From: Longimicrobiales bacterium
Lineage (GTDB): Bacteria > Gemmatimonadota > Gemmatimonadetes > Longimicrobiales > Gaopeijiaceae
Assembly (NCBI GenBank): GCA_965198065.1
Contig: CBDAON010000004.1
Coordinates: 416,001-480,000, forward strand
Direction of reading: 5' to 3'
DNA length: 64,000 nt
A program made the translations under genes and the position numbers. The notes beneath the pieces were generated by a model, which did no database searches, was not told the DNA's origin, and worked only from the letters and a program-made list of their open reading frames with translations. Every line of letters starts with the position of its first letter. Within the stretch, counting starts at the first letter, position 1. Positions 1 through 10,736 of this stretch are shown piece by piece.

Positions 1-186
1 GATGGAGTAGGAGGGAAGCCCGTCGGGACCGAGGGTCCTCCGTGCTGGCGCGACGCGACGACTACAGCAAGGTTGGAGGTGAAGCCCGGCGTGCATCACA
101 GGTGCGATCGGCTCTCTTCCGGAGAAGAAGGTGGACCGTGTGGCCTCGCGCTCTGTCATCCCTACTAGTGGTAGCCATGGCCGTAG

Positions 187-1050
187 GTGTTGGGGAGGCC
201 GTGGGAAGCCTCCGAGATCCAGGAGCCCACATGTGGCGGCCCCTCGCCGGTGAGCATGGTCCAGTCGCCGGCCCCGGCTGCCCCCCTTCCTCCCGCGCCC
301 GGCACGCTTCTCAGCACCGATCGCGTCGGGTACCCGCAAGGATACCGGTCGTCGTTCAGCCAGTTCTACGTATTCGATCGGTTCGACGCCCGCAGCATTT
401 CCTTCGTCTGTGCCAACGAGATCGCTACGCGGGTTCAACCAGGTCAGCCGTATCCCTACGGCAGTATCCTGGTCTTCGAGTCCTGGCGACCGGTCGTTGA
501 CGCGAACGACAACCTCGTCATGGACGCTGACGGACACCTCATCCGATCTCAGCTCTCGGGGATCTTCGTGATGCGAAAGGAGCAAGGTTTCGGAACGGGG
601 TACGGCGACGCACGCTCGGGAGAGTGGGAGTACGTGTCGTTCCGTCCGGATGGAACGTACCAGAGTGCACCCGAAAACACGGCCAATTGCGCTGCTTGCC
701 ATGGTGCCGGAGCGGCTGCCGCGCGGGACCACGTCTTCCGAACGAACGTCCACCAGCTCCCGGGACAGTACGCTCGATCAGACGAGATACGCGAAGGCGA
801 GGTGGGGATCACGCGGATGGGATTTCGAGCTTCCAACCGTGCCATACCGGTCGGGACGACGGTGGTATGGAGAAATAGCACCATCGATCAGACGCCCCAC
901 GCGGTGACCGCGACCGGAGGGACGTTCAGCTCGGACGTGCTCGGCCCCGGTGAGACCTTCAGCCATACCTTCACGGCGCCGGGCCGCTACGAGTACAGGT
1001 GCGCCCTGCATCCGGATCAGATGCGCGGGGTCATCGAGGTAACAGATTGA
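187..1050 (+). CDS. Cytochrome P460/c'-beta family heme domain fused to a C-terminal type-1 copper cupredoxin
   Basis: P460-type layout (YPYGSILVFE...IFVMRK...GEWEYVSF...CAACH) followed by a cupredoxin (VGTTVVWRN..PHAVT..LGPGETFSHTF..YRCALHPDQMRG). A signal-peptide-like segment (RRRRWTVWPRALSSLLVVAMAVG) lies upstream in another frame, implying a frameshift at the G4 run 192-195. Confidence 0.8.
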   Translation: MLGRPWEASEIQEPTCGGPSPVSMVQSPAPAAPLPPAPGTLLSTDRVGYPQGYRSSFSQFYVFDRFDARSISFVCANEIATRVQPGQPYPYGSILVFESWRPVVDANDNLVMDADGHLIRSQLSGIFVMRKEQGFGTGYGDARSGEWEYVSFRPDGTYQSAPENTANCAACHGAGAAAARDHVFRTNVHQLPGQYARSDEIREGEVGITRMGFRASNRAIPVGTTVVWRNSTIDQTPHAVTATGGTFSSDVLGPGETFSHTFTAPGRYEYRCALHPDQMRGVIEVTD

Positions 1051-1174
1051 GATTCTCGGACGCGCTCTAGTCGTCCCGACCCTCTGGGGAGGCGCGTAAG
1101 CCACGAGGCTCCCCGACCGCCTCTCGCGAGAGCGACACAACCGGCCTGAGGAACGGGCCCCGACCGGCCGACGT

Positions 1175-2536
1175 GTGCCTCAGCCTTCCCTCTCCGAGAC
1201 CGAGACGCGGCTCCGGCGGGACGCGCTCTCGATCTTTCACCGAGCTCTTTCCGCCGCGGACCCCGAGGTCCTCGCCCGCAACGCATTGGTGGGGGTGCTG
1301 CTCTCGCAGCTGACCCCGCCGAAGGACGGACGACTCATCGTCCTTTCCGTTGGAAAGGCAGCGATCGCCATGGCCAGGGGCGCGACGGCGGTGCTCGGGG
1401 ACGCGGTCGCCGAGGGCGTTGCCGTGGCGCCGGCAGGGAGCGGAGGGCTGGCACCTACGGGGTTCAGGATCCACTTCGGCGGCCACCCCCTGCCGACCTC
1501 CGAAGGTGTGGCCGGGGCCATCGAGGTGAGGGACGTCGTGCGTGAGGCGAGCCCCCGGGACCGCATCCTTCTTCTCCTCTCTGGCGGCGGTTCAGCGCTC
1601 CTCACCCTCCCCCATCCGGGCATCTCTCTCGAAGACGTCCGGCTCGTCACCGAGCTACTTACGCTCGCCGGTGCGACGATCCGAGAGCTGAACGCGGTGC
1701 GGAAGCACGTTGAGTCGCTCAAGGGTGGCCGGCTGGCCTCGCTGGCTCACCCCGCTCCACTGACCGCCCTCGTTCTCTCGGACGTGGTGGGAGACCCTCT
1801 GGACGTCATCGCCTCTGGTCCGGTCTCCTTCGACCCGAGCACGTTTGCCGAGGCGATCACCGTGCTCGAGACCCGAGCTGTGTGGGAAAGCTTACCCAAC
1901 TCCGTCAGGACACACCTCGAGCGGGGAAGGAACGGTGGGGTCGAGGAGACGCCGAAGGAAGGAGCCACCGTCTTCAGCGGGGTGGACGTGAGGGTCGTCG
2001 GCAATGCGGCGCTGGCAGTCCGCAGCGCCGCGGAGGAGGCCAGACGCCTGGGCTATGACACCCGAGTGGAATCCACGGAAGTGATTGGGGAAGCTCGGGA
2101 CGTGGGCGCCGTCCTGGCAGCGAGCGCGCTCCGCCTGCGGGCGTCGAGCTCCCTACCGACCTGCCTGGTTTGCGCTGGGGAAACGACGGTAACGGTACGA
2201 GGAAGGGGCCTGGGAGGACGCAACCAGGAGGTCGCGCTCGGTGCTGCACGTCAGCTCGCAGGTGCGGAGGGGGTCCTGGTCTTCTCGGGCGGAACCGACG
2301 GTGTGGACGGCCCCACGGACGCGGCCGGTGCGATGGCGGCGGGGAGCACTGTCCCCCGCGCGCTCGCGATGGGGCTCGACCCCGACGACCACCTGGAGCG
2401 CAACGACGCCTACAGGTTCTTCGAGGCGTTGGGAGATCTGGTGAAGACCGGCCCCACCGGGACCAACGTCATGGACCTCATGCTGGCGATGGCTGCGGAC
2501 TCACCGCCGCCAAAGGTCGGGGTGGAAGAGGAGTAG
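1175..2536 (+). CDS. Glycerate 2-kinase (DUF4147/MOFRL, TtuD/GckA family)
   Basis: Motifs VGKAA, GGHPLP, LLSGGGSAL, LSDVVGD..DVIASGP, GETTV..GLGGRNQE, GTDGVDG, TGPTGTNVMD. Confidence 0.93.
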   Translation: MPQPSLSETETRLRRDALSIFHRALSAADPEVLARNALVGVLLSQLTPPKDGRLIVLSVGKAAIAMARGATAVLGDAVAEGVAVAPAGSGGLAPTGFRIHFGGHPLPTSEGVAGAIEVRDVVREASPRDRILLLLSGGGSALLTLPHPGISLEDVRLVTELLTLAGATIRELNAVRKHVESLKGGRLASLAHPAPLTALVLSDVVGDPLDVIASGPVSFDPSTFAEAITVLETRAVWESLPNSVRTHLERGRNGGVEETPKEGATVFSGVDVRVVGNAALAVRSAAEEARRLGYDTRVESTEVIGEARDVGAVLAASALRLRASSSLPTCLVCAGETTVTVRGRGLGGRNQEVALGAARQLAGAEGVLVFSGGTDGVDGPTDAAGAMAAGSTVPRALAMGLDPDDHLERNDAYRFFEALGDLVKTGPTGTNVMDLMLAMAADSPPPKVGVEEE

Positions 2537-2610
2537 CACCGTGAAGATTCCAGGATGGGGCTGGATGCGGGCGTTTCCCCTCGCATTTCGGCGGCGAACG
2601 CGATCCTGCG

Positions 2611-3039
2611 CTACCTGCGGAGAGGGCGGGTCACGTCGGTGGCCACGATCTCCTGTTCGGGACCGATTAGGAGGTCCACCCCGAGCTCTTCCTTCGGGAG
2701 TCTGCTACGTAGGCTGAAGTGCTCCGGATGTCTCACCCGGGCCACCTTCACTCCGACCCCGCTCCAGGCCGCTACCATGCAGGCGATGAGGTTCACCTCG
2801 TCCACCCCGGATACCGCCATCACGATGTCGGTCTCCGATATCCCGGCTTCCTGGAGAACCTGGAGGGAGGCTCCGTTTCCCTGGATCGCCAGCACATCCA
2901 GACTGTCCACCGCCCTCTGGACCTTGGCCGGGTCCGGGTCCACGAGGACCACCTCGTGGGGCTCGTCCGTCAACCGACGGGCCAGATAAAAGCTTACCGC
3001 ACCAGCACCGATAACGAGGATCCGCATAACCCACCCCAA
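2611..3039 (-). pseudogene. trkA: Truncated TrkA potassium-uptake NAD-binding subunit (first RCK_N domain only)
   Basis: MRILVIGAGAV...GNGAS..VLQEAGI...DEVNLIAC...ARVR; stops after ~140 aa at IGPEQE, while the long four-domain TrkA form is ~450 aa. Confidence 0.75.
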
Positions 3040-3212
3040 GCCTGAGCCCTGACTCGGGACTTCGCCAGGGACCTGGACGAGCCCCGGCGGAATCCGCGCC
3101 GAGAACGGAAGCTGACAGAGCGGCCCAAGGGCAGCAAGCGCTCACGGAGCTCTACCGATGGACCTTCGTCTTCACGGCCGACGAGTTGCAGGCTGAACGG
3201 GGCTAGCCTAGT

Positions 3213-4102
3213 ATGCGCGCCTCTTCTTTCCGGACGTTTCACGCTTCCCGACCGGAGGAAGACGGCCAATTCCTCACCGGCCGGACCGTCAGCTGGAGCA
3301 CGACCAATGCAGCGGTTGCGGCGATCAGCCCAAACGGCCGGCTCACCACGGGCGTGCCCGGCACGGCGACGATTCGGGCAGCGAGCGAAGGCCGCACGGG
3401 TACCCTCCCGCTCACGGTGGAGCCCTCGGACTGGTGCGAGTATCTGTTGCCTTACTCCATCGGAACGACCGTGTCCGGAAGGCTCGAGACCAGCGACTGC
3501 CAGCTGGGCGGCGATGATAGCTACGTCGATTATTACGCCATCGAGATCCCGTCCCCACAGGGGGGATGTCGTCCGATCAGGTGGACCCCTTTCTTCTCAT
3601 GAGTGACGCCTCGGACGACGGGCTCGGGTTCAACGACGACAGCGCGGGCTCGCTTAATGCAACGCTCCGCATGTTGCTCGCGTCGGGCAGCTACCAGCTC
3701 TGGGCGAACGCGGACGACGAGGAGACGGGAGACTACACGCTCCCGTCGCTGCCGGGCCCATCCAACGTGACCGGGTGCATAGACATCTGGATCATGGCCG
3801 GTCTGGAGGCGACGCAGAGCCTCACGGCCAACGACTGCCTCACGGACGGGTTCTATTCCGACCAGTACTGGATATTCCTCGCGGCGAACGCCAGAGTGAC
3901 GATCTCCATGGACTCCGGCGAGATGGACACCTATCTCCGGATCCTTAACATCTCCGGCAACGTTCTTCGGCAGGACGACGACAGCGGCCCCGGCACGAAT
4001 GCCCGCCTGGTGTTCAGCGCACCCTCCACGGGGGCGTACGTGATCGACGCGAGGACGTTCTCGACGCAGGTGCTCGGGAGCTACACGCTCACCGTCCAGT
4101 AG
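3213..4102 (+). pseudogene. Ig-like (Big_2) plus two pre-peptidase C-terminal (PPC) domains; N-terminally truncated, frameshift near 3560
   Basis: VSWSTTNAAVAAISPNG..GTATIRA (Big_2); DPFLL..FNDDS..NATL and DTYLRIL..QDDDSGPGTNARL..GAYVI..GSYTLTV (PPC). ORFs 3213-3602 and 3566-4102 change frame at the G6 run. Confidence 0.7.
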
Positions 4103-7100
4103 CGCGGGCGCCCCTCGGCCGAAGCCGCGATCTCGCGCGTCCACCAGACGGCGAGCGACGCGACCACGACGAGCCCTACCAGACTGCCGACCCTCACCCC
4201 GGGATACGCTCCAGCGAGGAGCCCCGCGAGGAAATCGGCTCCAATCAGCGTCGCAATGATGCCCGGGATCAGAGCGGGCGCACGCGCGCCGAGACGCGTC
4301 AGGCCGAAGACTACGGCCGCACCCAGGAGAGCCGTGGGAGCCCAAGTGAGAAGAGACTCCTGGAGCGGCTCGGGGACCAGGAGCAGCCCCGCCGCAAGGG
4401 TCGCTATGTACAACGCGGCGGACAACCAAGGACGTCCCCGCGACCTCAGCGCGAGCCCGCTAAGCAGGAGCAGCCCGGTGGTCACGAGGAGGTACGCGAA
4501 GGTGGCCTGGAACGCACCAGCCAGTGGCGGGACGAACGACACCGCCCCGCTGAATTCTGGCCATGTAGGCAGGCCCCCGGAGAGGAGCTCGCCGGCGGTC
4601 CCGAGCCCGAGGAGAACGGAGCCCACTGCTACGGCAGCCCCCGGGGCAGCGGGCCCTCCCGGCCTGTCTGCAAGCCACGTGTGGGCCAGCGCGGCCACGA
4701 GACCGATCGCCGCCGATCCGACGAGAACCGCGAGGGAGCCCCCGAATATCGCGATCCCCGCCTGAAGACCCCACGGTCGGGTCGGTGAAAACACTGCCGT
4801 GGTCGCCGGCCAGGAGTTCGCCTGCCCCAGCCCCAACGCCAGCAAAGCAAGGAGGGTCGCCTGGACGAGCGGCCGCGTCTCCAGCCGCCGTTTCGCCCAC
4901 GCCATCACTGCCAGCACGCCCGCGGCGACGAACCCGAGCAGGAGCACGAGCCCTGCGCCCGCCGTCACCAGCGTTCGGAGCGCCTCGCCGCCCCGCCGAG
5001 CGCGTTCCCACTCCTCGGGCACGCTCACCGAGCGACTCACATCCACCACCTCGTCGCCCGCCAGCTGCACCGTCAGCCGCGCCTCTCCGGCTACGCCCGC
5101 AAGCACCGAGGGGTCTTCGAATGTGAACTCCCAGTCAGTGCGCGCCGGGCGCGTCGTCTGAACGGCACCGACGTCTTCCAACGACCCCGCGTCAATCCCG
5201 AACCGATCCCGGATGACACGCAGCGCGGCGGCTCGGGCGTTCTCCTCCTCCAGGCGCGCCCCGGGGCGTGCCTCGGGCAGGACATGCTCGATGTGCAAGG
5301 GCTCGGGCGCCGCTCCGAGGGCGCCCCCGAGATGGACCCGAAACTCCTCGACCCGCTCCTCCGGGTCCGCCGCGAAGTCCACGGACCGCACCACCCAGCG
5401 GGGGCCGGCCAGATAGGTCCCGAGCAGACTCGCGTACACCTCCTCGCCGGCTTCCTCGAAGACGTACCGGTGGTCGTCCCCCCGGTTCGAAGGCACTGCG
5501 GCGAGGGCTCTCCACGACCCCACCGGATTGCCACGTTCCCCGAGCGCATCGAGGGCGACCGCGATGACCTCGCCCCTTGACTGCGTCAGTCGGGGCACGT
5601 CGCCCACGGACCTGACCACGCCGGCCCCCCACACGAGCGCACCGGCCGCGCCGAACAGGTACGCCACCCACCGGGGAAGTAGAAGGCTCCGCGCGCCGTG
5701 CCTCGCAACCGGTTCGCCCGCGGGAGCGATCGCTTCGGCGACGGGCGCGGCGACTTCTCCGGCAGAAGCGGCGGCCGCCTCGGACGGCTTCCCCTTCGCC
5801 TGCACCACCGGCTCCTCGACCGCGGTCGCCTCCACCGCGGGCGGCCCCCGGTCCTGCGGCTTCCAGGCCCGATTGTACGCCCACTCGGGCGCCTCGGCGC
5901 GGGCGCGCCCGCCGAGCCGCGCCCTGGCCACTATCACGAGCGGCACCACCCCCACCGCCACCACCATCGCGCGGTCGAAGAGGGTGCCGGGTGCCGCCGA
6001 GGCGAAGAGCGGAAGAGAGATCAGCGAGAGGTCGTACGCGAAGTGAGTGAGGATCGTCGGAACGAGACCGAAGTAGAGGTAGATCGCGCCCCAGAGAAAC
6101 GCGGGGAACGTGAGCTCGACGACACGCGCGTAGGCGGGCTGCTGCGGGTAGTTGGCGTGGGCTGCGGCGAAGACGATGGCCTGGAGCGCCACCGCACCCC
6201 AGATCCAGACGCTCTTCCTGCCGTAGCGCGCACCCAGGAGCGCCGCACACGCGATGGGGACCGCGCGGAACACGCTCTCCTCCCAGAACGCCGCAAAGAG
6301 CGAGATCGACACCGCCTGAAGCCAGGGCTGAAAGGTCGCGAGCAAGTCCGGCTGCACCAGCGCCTCGGCGGGTGACCACCATCCCTCGAGCAGCGACGTG
6401 CCCAAGTAGAAGAGCACCACGTACCCGAGCCCGATCCCCAGGAGCAGATACGCGGCCACGGTTCGCCCAAGAGCAGGCGTGGACGCCGCCACCTCGGAGG
6501 ACCAGAAGCGCCACTGCTGGAGGTGGCCGGGAAAGGCACGCCGGCCGAGTGATTCCCCCGCCAGGAAGAAGAACGCGAAGAGCGGCGTGCCCACCACTGC
6601 GACCACACCCGCCACAGCCAGCTGCTCGAGCAGAAAGGTCCGAACCGAGACGGCGGGGTCGTAGGCCATCCAGGCCAGCGGGAGGGCGTTGGCGATCCCA
6701 AGGCCGAGGAGAACCGCGGTGACCCCGCCCCAGAGCAGGGGCGTACGCCAGACGACCCAACCCTGCCTCATGAGCAGGGCCGTTCCCACGACCCCTCCCA
6801 GAAGCACGAAGACAAGGATGAACACCGACTGAGAGACGAGGGCGATGGCATCGTTGGCCGACCGCATGTCCAGATAGCGCTGGGAGAAGGCCTCTGGCAC
6901 GTAGACGAAGTGGGTAAGCTGGGAAGCCCGGTTCCCGGCGACCTCGATCCGAAGCCGGAAGCCGCCGTCACCGGGCGCGGCGTCGGTCCGCTCGAACACC
7001 AACGTGTGGTCCACCCGCCCGCCCGGCTGGGTCTCCTCCGACGACTCCAGGAGCTCGAAGGAGCCGAGATCCACCCCCCACTCCTCCGCCGTCCGCTCGG

Positions 7101-7554
7101 CCACGGCGCGCGCCTCTTCCTCCGAGAGGTTGCCCCCGCCGGGATCGTCCTCGGAGAGCTGGAGGCTGAATCCATACGCCTGGCCTGCGGGTGTGAAGCG
7201 CACGCGGCTCTCCTCTACCGCCCCCTCCGCGAACCGTCGAACGCTCCACACGTACGGGTGGTAGATGCCGCTCTCCGCGAGCTCCACGAAGGCGTCCCGT
7301 CCCCCTCCCTCCAGCTCGACGTACGTCTGCACCTCGGGATCGATCTGGCCGAACGTGGCGGCCGCTCGGGCTTCGGGCGGGTCCCACCCGTACCGGAGGG
7401 CAAGGGCCTCGGCCTCGGCAACGGCCGCATCGCGATCCATCGCGATGTCCAGCGTGATGATGGGGAACGCGGCCGGAAAGAGCCGGACCGCGGCGACGAA
7501 GCCCGCCACGCCGAGGACGGCGAAGACGATCCAGAAGGTCGGGCGACGCGTCAT
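4081..7554 (-). CDS. Large CPBP (type II CAAX/Abi) intramembrane metalloprotease with duplicated extracytoplasmic modules
   Basis: CPBP motifs FWEESVFR, FAAAHANY, HFAYD; many TM helices; likely start MTRRPTFW at 7554. Confidence 0.8.
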   Translation of the reverse strand: MTRRPTFWIVFAVLGVAGFVAAVRLFPAAFPIITLDIAMDRDAAVAEAEALALRYGWDPPEARAAATFGQIDPEVQTYVELEGGGRDAFVELAESGIYHPYVWSVRRFAEGAVEESRVRFTPAGQAYGFSLQLSEDDPGGGNLSEEEARAVAERTAEEWGVDLGSFELLESSEETQPGGRVDHTLVFERTDAAPGDGGFRLRIEVAGNRASQLTHFVYVPEAFSQRYLDMRSANDAIALVSQSVFILVFVLLGGVVGTALLMRQGWVVWRTPLLWGGVTAVLLGLGIANALPLAWMAYDPAVSVRTFLLEQLAVAGVVAVVGTPLFAFFFLAGESLGRRAFPGHLQQWRFWSSEVAASTPALGRTVAAYLLLGIGLGYVVLFYLGTSLLEGWWSPAEALVQPDLLATFQPWLQAVSISLFAAFWEESVFRAVPIACAALLGARYGRKSVWIWGAVALQAIVFAAAHANYPQQPAYARVVELTFPAFLWGAIYLYFGLVPTILTHFAYDLSLISLPLFASAAPGTLFDRAMVVAVGVVPLVIVARARLGGRARAEAPEWAYNRAWKPQDRGPPAVEATAVEEPVVQAKGKPSEAAAASAGEVAAPVAEAIAPAGEPVARHGARSLLLPRWVAYLFGAAGALVWGAGVVRSVGDVPRLTQSRGEVIAVALDALGERGNPVGSWRALAAVPSNRGDDHRYVFEEAGEEVYASLLGTYLAGPRWVVRSVDFAADPEERVEEFRVHLGGALGAAPEPLHIEHVLPEARPGARLEEENARAAALRVIRDRFGIDAGSLEDVGAVQTTRPARTDWEFTFEDPSVLAGVAGEARLTVQLAGDEVVDVSRSVSVPEEWERARRGGEALRTLVTAGAGLVLLLGFVAAGVLAVMAWAKRRLETRPLVQATLLALLALGLGQANSWPATTAVFSPTRPWGLQAGIAIFGGSLAVLVGSAAIGLVAALAHTWLADRPGGPAAPGAAVAVGSVLLGLGTAGELLSGGLPTWPEFSGAVSFVPPLAGAFQATFAYLLVTTGLLLLSGLALRSRGRPWLSAALYIATLAAGLLLVPEPLQESLLTWAPTALLGAAVVFGLTRLGARAPALIPGIIATLIGADFLAGLLAGAYPGVRVGSLVGLVVVASLAVWWTREIAASAEGRPRYWTVSV

Positions 7555-7936
7555 GGGCTGCCTCCCCGGGCGGTGGGGGCTCGCCGAGGAACCTACCGCG
7601 CCGTTCGGACTGTTCGCAAACCGAGTCTCCTTGCCGCGTTTTGCGAGAGAGGGCCGGGGGGATCCGACCCAGCGGACGGGCCTGCTCAACCGCTCCAAGC
7701 CCCTGCGCTCCAACCATTTCCACTCTCCCACACCCCTCTCTGGCACGGAGGCTGCAGAGGAGATGGGGCAGTACAGCAGAGCAGCGACCGGGTCCGCGAG
7801 GACCGTGTTACGCAGCCGGGCCGCCCCCGGGGGGTGGCTCTCGCTCGACGAGCACGGTCCTCGCTTTCGTTTTGGCCGCGCTCGCCCAGCCGGTCCTCTG
7901 CCTTCGAACGAGGGAACCCGAACGAGGTGGAGAACC

Positions 7937-9723
7937 ATGACGAAGACGACACGGCGACTGCGGAAGCTGGCGGTGGTGGTAACCCTCGTCCCTGCGGGCT
8001 GCGACGTGCCGAGCCCCACGAACCTGGTGGACGACGTGACGGAGGGTCCGGCCGGGTCCTTCGGCATCGTCCTTCAGGCAGCGTCGACCCCGAGCCCGGC
8101 CCCGATCCCGCAAGGACCGGCCCTGGCCACCATCTCCCTGGACGGCGTGGCGTCCATCACCCTGGAAGTCGGATCGGTCGAAGCGAAGCGGGAAGGCGGA
8201 GGATGGGTGACCGCCGGAGTGGTGAACGCCACGGTGGAACTCATCGACCTGCCCGAAGAGGGGCTCGAGCTCCTCGAAGGCTCCCTTCCCACGGGCAGCT
8301 ACGAGAAGCTTCGGCTCTTCCTCACCGCCGTGCCAACCATCACGCTGGAGGAAGACCTTCGGGTCGGCCCGATCACCCTCGAAGCCGGTGCGCATCCCCT
8401 CTTCATCCCGAGCGTGGAGCCGAACGGCCTTCGTCTTCACGCCGAGTTCGAGGTGGACGCGGACGGGGAGGTCCTGACCATCGTATTCGACGCCAGCGCC
8501 ACGGTCCGGAAGGTGACCGCCACGGGCTCCGGTGTCGTCGAGGTCTCCCCGGAGCTTCAGGTGAAGAGCCAGGACGGCGAATACGTCGGTGCGCTGGAGG
8601 TGGACGGCGAGGATCGGGACCCGGGGGAGGAGCCCGAGGTCGAGAGGGTGGCGGTGGGGGCCCGGTGACCGCGGTTGACCCCGATGAGGGCACCTTCACC
8701 GTGGCGAAGGGCGATGACGAAGTGCTGGTCGTGGTAGGCGAGGGAGCCGAGTTCGACGGCGACTTCGACGCCCTGAGCGGAGTCGCGGAGGCCCTCGAGG
8801 AAGGCCAGGCCGTGCGAGCCGAAGCCGCCGGCACGCTTCGAGACGACGGTGCCCTCGTGGCCGACGAGGTCCTGTTCGTGGTCGTGGAGGAGGATCCCGA
8901 GCCTGACGTCGAGGAGGTCGAACTGGGCGGCGATGTCACGGCCGTCAACCTGGAGGAGGGTGTCTTCACCCTGTTGAAGGGTGACGACGAGGTGACAGTG
9001 GTGGTGAACGACGCCACCGTCTTCCACGGGGAATTCGAGACCCTGGGCAGCGTTGCCGAAGCCCTCGAGGCGGGGCGCGCCGTGAGGGGTGAAGCGCTCG
9101 GCGTCCTCCAGGACGACGGCTCCGTGCTCGCAGCCGAGGTGGCGTTCGGAATCGTGGAGGAAGACCTCGGTGACAACGTCGACGAGGAAGAGCCGGAGGT
9201 CGAGAGGGTGGCAGTCGGGGGCCCGGTGACCGCGGTTGACCCCGATGAGGGCACCTTCACCGTGGCGAAGGGCGATGACGAAGTGCTGGTCGTGGTAGGC
9301 GAGGGAGCCGAGTTCGACGGCGACTTCGACGCCCTGAGCGGAGTCGCGGAGGCCCTCGAGGAAGGCCAGGCCGTGCGAGCCGAAGCCGCCGGCACGCTTC
9401 GAGACGACGGTGCCCTCGTGGCCGACGAGGTCCTGTTCGTGGTCGTGGAGGAGGATCCCGAGCCTGACGTCGAGGAGGTCGAACTGGGCGGCGATGTCAC
9501 GGCCGTCAACCTGGAGGAGGGTGTCTTCACCCTGTTGAAGGGTGACGACGAGGTGACAGTGGTGGTGAACGACGCCACCGTCTTCCACGGGGAATTCGAG
9601 ACCCTGGGCAGCGTTGCCGAAGCCCTCGAGGCGGGGCGCGCCGTGAGGGGTGAAGCGCTCGGCGTCCTCCAGGACGACGGCTCCGTGCTCGCAGCCGAGG
9701 TGGCGTTCGGAATCGTGGACTGA
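7937..9723 (+). CDS. Acidic lipoprotein, DUF4382-like N-terminal domain plus four DUF5666-like repeats; frameshift at G5 run 8656-8660
   Basis: Lipobox-like LVPAGC; LPTGSYEKLRL..LFIPS..GLRL..TIVFDA (DUF4382-like); repeats G.VTAV...G.FT.......V.V...A.F.G..L..G.AVR.E...L..DG...A.EV. One extra G restores the frame seen in the second repeat copy (GTCGGGGGCCCG). Confidence 0.75.
8660..9718 (+). repeat. Near-perfect intragenic tandem duplication, period 561 bp (187 codons)
   Basis: 8660-9157 matches 9221-9718, e.g. GTGGCGAAGGGCGATGACG at 8701 and 9262. Confidence 0.95.
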
Positions 9724-9806
9724 GGCAGACGCTGCCGCATGCCAGGGAGCGTGAACCCGCGCTCGACGAGGTTGCCCCTGAGGATCGGTGGCTGGATGTT
9801 GGCGAT

Positions 9807-10628
9807 GTGCCCGAGGGCACGAACGACAGGAATGCGCGTGAGCTAGCGTTTCCCACAGAGACCGTTCCGGTGAAACCGCGCCCCGATCCCGGACCCGAGC
9901 CCGACCATCCTGGCCCTCTCATGCACCGGCCCGGCGAGGACCGCCGGCCCCTGCGCCGCCCCTCGCCTACCGACTGGAAGGGAGCTCGGGACATCGACTC
10001 GCAAGAGCGCGTGCTGCGGATCCGCGCTCTTCAGGGGGCGATCCCGGGTGCGGTCCTGGGCTTCCTCCTCGGCCGGTTCGGCTCGATCCAGTGGGGGTGG
10101 GGCGGCGGGATCGTGCTGGCCGTCACGCTGCTCGGGGGGGTGGCTACCTACTCCGCGATCCTCTGGATCTTGCACTTGAGCGGTAGGGCGGCGAGCAAGA
10201 TCTATCACCCCTCCGGGTCTTCTACCCCGCGCCGGCGGGAGTACTCCCAGGCCGAGTCGTTTGCGGCCCGGGGCGACCCCGAGGCGGCGATCACGGCCTT
10301 CGAGCTCGCCATCGCCGAGGACGGCTCCGACCCGACTCCCTACCTGCGGATCGCCCGACTGTACCGCGACGAGCTGAAGCGCTTCGACAACGCGGCGGCC
10401 TGGTTCAAGCGGGCCCTTCGCGACGCCCGAATGCCTGCCGGGACCGCGACGCTTACACGCAGAGAGCTCCTCGAGCTCTACGAGGGGAAGATGGGCGATC
10501 CGGAGAAGGCCGCTCCCATGCTCGCGAGAATGGCCGAAGAACTGCGGGAGACCGAGGAAGGAGATTGGGCCCGGGAGGAGCTCGCCCGGATCAAGAGGCT
10601 CATCGCGGAACGGCCTGAGCTCGGCTGA
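9807..10628 (+). CDS. Membrane-anchored tetratricopeptide-repeat protein
   Basis: Two TM segments, then TPR-like helices (AITAFELAIAEDG...YLRIARLY...AAAWFKRAL); start uncertain. Confidence 0.65.
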   Translation: MPEGTNDRNARELAFPTETVPVKPRPDPGPEPDHPGPLMHRPGEDRRPLRRPSPTDWKGARDIDSQERVLRIRALQGAIPGAVLGFLLGRFGSIQWGWGGGIVLAVTLLGGVATYSAILWILHLSGRAASKIYHPSGSSTPRRREYSQAESFAARGDPEAAITAFELAIAEDGSDPTPYLRIARLYRDELKRFDNAAAWFKRALRDARMPAGTATLTRRELLELYEGKMGDPEKAAPMLARMAEELRETEEGDWAREELARIKRLIAERPELG

Positions 10629-10736
10629 AGGCGCAGGCGCCCGCCGCTCTGCACGCCAATCCACTTGCGTTCACGTGAGGCCTCGCTTCAGCTTCGAAAG
10701 GAATCCACGTAAAGACCACATCAACGGGGGTGCGTC

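Noticed and set aside
6910..8660. N-terminal ~580 aa of the 937-aa ORF 6910-9723
   Set aside because: It is an antisense/off-frame shadow of the CPBP and lipoprotein genes; only the part after the 8660 frameshift is protein-like.
8660..9718. Long repeat as a possible DGR template/variable pair or CRISPR array
   Set aside because: The copies are in-frame coding duplicates with no adenine-specific mismatches and no spacers, and there is no reverse transcriptase or cas gene in the window.
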